64,000 bases of DNA, from the NCBI RefSeq assembly GCF_000981445.1, contig NC_027216.1:434001-498000 (forward strand), read 5' to 3'. This document shows, one piece after another, positions 60,072 to 64,000 of the stretch. A program made the position numbers and the translations under genes. Every line of letters starts with the position of its first letter. Positions within the stretch are counted from its first letter, which is position 1. The notes under the pieces were generated by a model. That model did no database searches. It saw only the letters and a program-made list of their open reading frames with translations, and had not been told where the DNA came from. Source of the stretch: Babesia bigemina. Taxonomy: Eukaryota.

Positions 60072-61496
60072 TTATGGTAACAGATTAAAGCCGTATTTTG
60101 CGCCAACGCTGTCCAACGCCTGTAGAGCCGAAGAATCCAGCAGAACGGGGCCTCCGACAGGCCGGCGTGACAGCAGGTCGGCCAGCATTTGGCAGTGACG
60201 CCGCCCTATCTTGTGAGCCAGCTGCATGAGCTGCTCAGAGGCGAATTCGACCAGAAACTGGCTCTCTATTCCGGCCAAGTGTGCGAACTCCAGCAAACGA
60301 ACCAGCTGCTCGACACTATCTAGTGACTGCGCGCGCCTCGGAAGCACCAGTATTAAGGCCAAGATGGCCCACTCGTCACGGTGATTCAAGCGAAGCAACG
60401 CCAAGTGGAAAGACAGCATGTCCGAAATGCTGAACTGTGATACATCCCTCACGAATCGTTTGCAGCAACCGCCTAGTAGATGCGTTAAACTGATTGGCGC
60501 ATCAGCATGTTCAGGGGTTGCCCATGCCTCGAGTCCGGTGTCGGCGAAAAAAGAAAGCACGTCCGTCAGGTGGGCGGCCGTGAAAACGTATATATTCGAC
60601 ACCACCTGGGGAATCATGACCTGAGTGACGTAACTCTTAATTTCGTTCCCGTGTGGGTCACTATCCCAACCCTTCCCGCGGACGGCCAGATACACTCTGG
60701 TCACATTCAACAGCGCCACCACTGCTGAGCAGTCGTTCAACGCCATCGGATGAGACGGTATGTCGCGATTTCCGGTGAAGGTCAAAATGATGCTTCTGAT
60801 ATCCTCCAGCGAAATGAGGCCGCTGGGCAGCATTGAGGCATAGAGCAACCCTGTCCGTAAGCGCACGTCGCCTGGTGCGTGTTGTGTGTGACTTTTCAAT
60901 ATGGATAAACATAGTTCAACGTATTTAGTCGCCATTAGATCCTGTATGCCTGGAAGCGACAACATTAGCAACGCGGCCTCCGATAGGCGCAACCTCTCCT
61001 CCGTGGTACCGGCAGGTGCCCGGTGCATCTCTTCCATCTTCTCCAAGAAAACCTGTCTCATGCTTTCGCTCATGATTCGCATATCCAAGGTCGCGTTAAT
61101 TAATGGTAGGATATTCGAAATGTTGATTCCCTGCGCCTCCTCAAGCAAGCAGCGTTGCAAATACTCCCTAGCCCGGTACGGTATCCTTTTACCCTTCAGC
61201 GCAGGCGCAAGGTGGATGGCCGCATCAATAGCTCGCTTGTAGCTCACTGGCGGTGAGTTTGAATTATTGAACGGCTCCTTTCCAATGTCAGTTTGCGGTG
61301 GATGGGCGATGCCTTCCCCGGCGCAGGGAGAGCATGGCTTCATGCTGTACAATCCGCAATGAACGACGCCACTTTTCGATACAATCTTTGGTTTAAGCGC
61401 TGACATATAGAACTCGGTGCCCATGAACCTTCCGTAGCTTAGTTCGGGCCTGCTGCCAGTGAGTTGCACAGCCGCCCTCGCCGCCCGCCGCCTCAT
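60072..61496 (-). CDS. Hypothetical alpha-helical protein, possibly mitochondrial
   Basis: Single long ORF of about 475 aa with an Arg/Ala-rich N-terminus and helical-repeat-like segments. Confidence 0.65.
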   Translation of the reverse strand: MRRRAARAAVQLTGSRPELSYGRFMGTEFYMSALKPKIVSKSGVVHCGLYSMKPCSPCAGEGIAHPPQTDIGKEPFNNSNSPPVSYKRAIDAAIHLAPALKGKRIPYRAREYLQRCLLEEAQGINISNILPLINATLDMRIMSESMRQVFLEKMEEMHRAPAGTTEERLRLSEAALLMLSLPGIQDLMATKYVELCLSILKSHTQHAPGDVRLRTGLLYASMLPSGLISLEDIRSIILTFTGNRDIPSHPMALNDCSAVVALLNVTRVYLAVRGKGWDSDPHGNEIKSYVTQVMIPQVVSNIYVFTAAHLTDVLSFFADTGLEAWATPEHADAPISLTHLLGGCCKRFVRDVSQFSISDMLSFHLALLRLNHRDEWAILALILVLPRRAQSLDSVEQLVRLLEFAHLAGIESQFLVEFASEQLMQLAHKIGRRHCQMLADLLSRRPVGGPVLLDSSALQALDSVGAKYGFNLLP

Positions 61497-61593
61497 CACT
61501 ACGTGTTTAGGCTAAAGAGTGAAAGACATGACACATGGCAACTAATTTCGCCCCTGTTCAATGCCGCATTTGGCATCAACGCTCGTCCACACG

Positions 61594-62238
61594 TCAATTG
61601 CCGGATAAGAAATTAACGCGCTGGACCCAGGCGGCTGCACCAAGAACCCCCAGCGAATACAATCACCTACGGTGGTAGTTATCCCTGCCACGTATACACT
61701 TCCACGGGATGTCTGCATAGATCACCTGTAAACTGTTCGCTATACAAACGACGCCCTGTAGCTTCAAGCTGCTCCATTTCCTTATGTCGTTCACATCGAG
61801 GAAGTGTTCGTAGACTTCGTCGACTGCCTTACTACGGCTCATCGCAGTGCGTATTATATGGTCGTTGATGTCGCTAAGGCACAGAATCTGTTTGCAACGT
61901 GCACACGCGCCCTGATGAGCATTAACTACGGTATACATGCTTCCTACCCTGCGTGCCACGAGCGTCGCAGTCCGCCTCTGCAAGTTGAAGGATATTTGAG
62001 GCACAAGGTTCGTCACACCTTGCGCTCCGCAGTAGTAGCAGTGTTCTGGTAAAGTCGCAGAAGGCCGCTCAAACGCTGCGAGCACCGAGCGTGGCGCTGG
62101 TGACGGAGCCAGTTTGAGCGCCTCTAGGCTACTCGCCATTACTTTAGTTAAGCCATCAGCGTGTTGCTTAGACTTCGCCTGGAAACAGCCGACAGTCACT
62201 TCCTTCCTGCCCGAGTGCCCGTAATTTTCCGGCGTCAT
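61594..62238 (-). CDS. Hypothetical protein with two CxxC pairs (possible Zn-binding)
   Basis: ATG 62238; CYYC and CARC; GTAGGT...GCAG intron to last exon PAWVQRVNFLSGN*. Confidence 0.55.
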
Positions 62239-62559
62239 CTTAAGCGCGACCACGCGCCTCGTTCCAGCTGTTTGGTCTAGGAGCCGATGAGGTGGTTAAT
62301 GTAAGGCACAAGCCTTCTCTCAATCGAATACGCAAATTATGACAAATACAGCCAAATTATAACTGTGTGTGCACACGAAGGAGGCGTGTACATCACACAT
62401 CCACCTCCCCAGCTTGCGAGATTCCACCGTTGCAACAGCCGCAGGGCTGTATTCGAAAAGGGCACCAAATGGCCCATATATTACTACACATTTGATATGC
62501 TAAACGCTTCCATGGATGGGTCGATGAATGGGGGATTCTAATGCCATAAGCCGTTAGCG

Positions 62560-64000
62560 ATGGTAGGCAGGTACACCGTCATATGCGGTGTTGTCCTGGC
62601 GCTGATATGCGCGGTTGTGCCATGGTTTGTTAGTGGCACTGGCAGAGCGTGGTACAACGTGCAGCACGGGCTGGCTTCCGGCGGCTTCGGTACTGCTCGA
62701 AGCGCTCGGTCCTCTCGGCACAACGCGCTGGCCTTCCTCCCCCGTTCGCCGAAGCAGCCGGAGAGGAAATACGCATACGAGAACACGTCGTACAAGCAGC
62801 GAAATGTCCGCCGAAATATATACGAGGTAGACGCCCCCGCGTCGAAGGAACACGCTATCGCCTTTTTCTCGCATGTGTTACAGGCCACGGCTAACCCGGC
62901 GTTCGCTCCCGTTGAGGCACCCGTAGGAAGCTTTCTGACCCTTACAAAGCAGGTGTCAACGCTCGGCCCAGCCACCAGCGATGCGGCTTCGCTGAAATCG
63001 CTCATTGACGCAGGCACCGACATCTTCAGACTGAACTTTGCCCACGGCACTCGCACTTCCAAGCTGAAGAATGCCAGGATCGTGAGGCAATTGGAGCTTA
63101 CAGACGCGCCTGACGGGGTAAAATCGTCAGGCAGCTTTCTGTTTCGCGCCAGGGCCCTGTTAGGTGACATTCAAGGGCCGAAGCTGCGCATCGGCAGGTT
63201 CATGCCCAATGTGGACGCCAAGGGGGTCGGGCTCAAAAGCGCCGAAGCCGAGTTCGTCACTCTAAAAAAAGGCGACTTGTTCTCTTTCGACACCGCGGAC
63301 GTCAAGGGCGGCCGAACCCGCGTTCAGTTTAACTTCCCCGACATTCTCCGACAGCTGGAGGTGGGGAACGTTATCTCGCTGGACGACGGCAACATCTCCA
63401 TGCGCGTGGTAGACGTGAACAAACAAGAGCCTTCAGTGCAAACTGAGGTGCTGAATGATGGCGTGTTATCGAGCCGGAAAGGTTTCGCGGTGCCGAACGT
63501 GGTTCTACCAGTTGACCTTTTCAGCGCCAAGGACGTCAAGGATGCCGTGTTCTGCTATACGGCTGGGCTCGACTTCCTCGGAGTTAGCTTCGTCCAGAGA
63601 ATGCAGGACATACTGTACCTGAAAAACATATTGCTCGATTTCGCGGAGAGTCCATTTTTCCAGGCACTGCGCGAACGCATGGACACGCTGGATGCCAACA
63701 CACTCAACACTGACGAGGAGGACCCGGAGCTAGAAGCGATTCTGGAGCAATACTACACGGAGCGGTTCCTGCCGAACAAGCAGTCCCTGTTGACCAAGGT
63801 GCCCAAGCAGGAGGACGCGGGTATAGGCATCATTCCCAAGATCGAGAAGCAGCCTGCGCTGGACGACATCAACGGCATTTTGGAGGTCTCAGATGGTCTC
63901 ATGATAGCCCGTGGTGACCTGGGTGTCGAAACTGAAATCACCAACCTGCCCATCATCCAGAAGCGGCTGGTCCAACTTTGCCGCCTCGTATATCGCAAAC
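62560..64000 (+). CDS. PYK2: Apicoplast pyruvate kinase II, 3' end beyond the window edge
   Basis: Missing from the ORF track. Hand translation gives signal MVGRYTVICGVVLALICAVV plus a basic transit peptide, then TKQVSTLGPA, FRLNFAHG, DIQGPKLRIG, SFVQ, IPKIEK, DGLMIARGDLGVE. Confidence 0.93.
   Translation, partial: MVGRYTVICGVVLALICAVVPWFVSGTGRAWYNVQHGLASGGFGTARSARSSRHNALAFLPRSPKQPERKYAYENTSYKQRNVRRNIYEVDAPASKEHAIAFFSHVLQATANPAFAPVEAPVGSFLTLTKQVSTLGPATSDAASLKSLIDAGTDIFRLNFAHGTRTSKLKNARIVRQLELTDAPDGVKSSGSFLFRARALLGDIQGPKLRIGRFMPNVDAKGVGLKSAEAEFVTLKKGDLFSFDTADVKGGRTRVQFNFPDILRQLEVGNVISLDDGNISMRVVDVNKQEPSVQTEVLNDGVLSSRKGFAVPNVVLPVDLFSAKDVKDAVFCYTAGLDFLGVSFVQRMQDILYLKNILLDFAESPFFQALRERMDTLDANTLNTDEEDPELEAILEQYYTERFLPNKQSLLTKVPKQEDAGIGIIPKIEKQPALDDINGILEVSDGLMIARGDLGVETEITNLPIIQKRLVQLCRLVYRK

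Overview
Eukaryotic, intron-containing DNA from an apicomplexan piroplasm. The short 33-40 nt GT-AG introns, ves-like and 6-Cys-like families and apicoplast pyruvate kinase point to Babesia sensu stricto, probably B. bigemina/B. ovata-like (inferred, not searched). Positions 1 to ~11,000 are an accessory island: two divergently oriented short VESA1-N-terminal-like (ves2-type) genes, one frameshifted; an internally deleted 6-Cys/s48-45-type pseudogene; and a 33-bp-repeat protein gene. From ~11,100 the window is gene-dense core sequence: MCM6, tRNA-Glu(CTC), a PIG-X-like protein, SMC4, RPC4, Kelch-MORC, a CCCH protein, Derlin, eIF4A, tRip/AIMP1, an OST-HTH protein, a histidine phosphatase, a COPI-associated protein, DDI1, a FAM135/DUF676 esterase, a RAP protein, RMC1/Mic1 and apicoplast PK II. 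Most notable: (i) an 8-exon secreted protein the ORF track fragments, with two SUEL/P113-like lectin domains, an EGF domain and an acidic repeat stalk; (ii) a MORC with His in place of the GHKL catalytic Glu and a long Gln/His repeat insert; (iii) an ATGA stop/start overlap between the FAM135-like gene and DDI1; (iv) a lone in-frame TAA in the OST-HTH gene; (v) a GC-rich structured intergenic RNA candidate. Family calls are by motif recognition from memory and exon models were built by hand; neither was computed.
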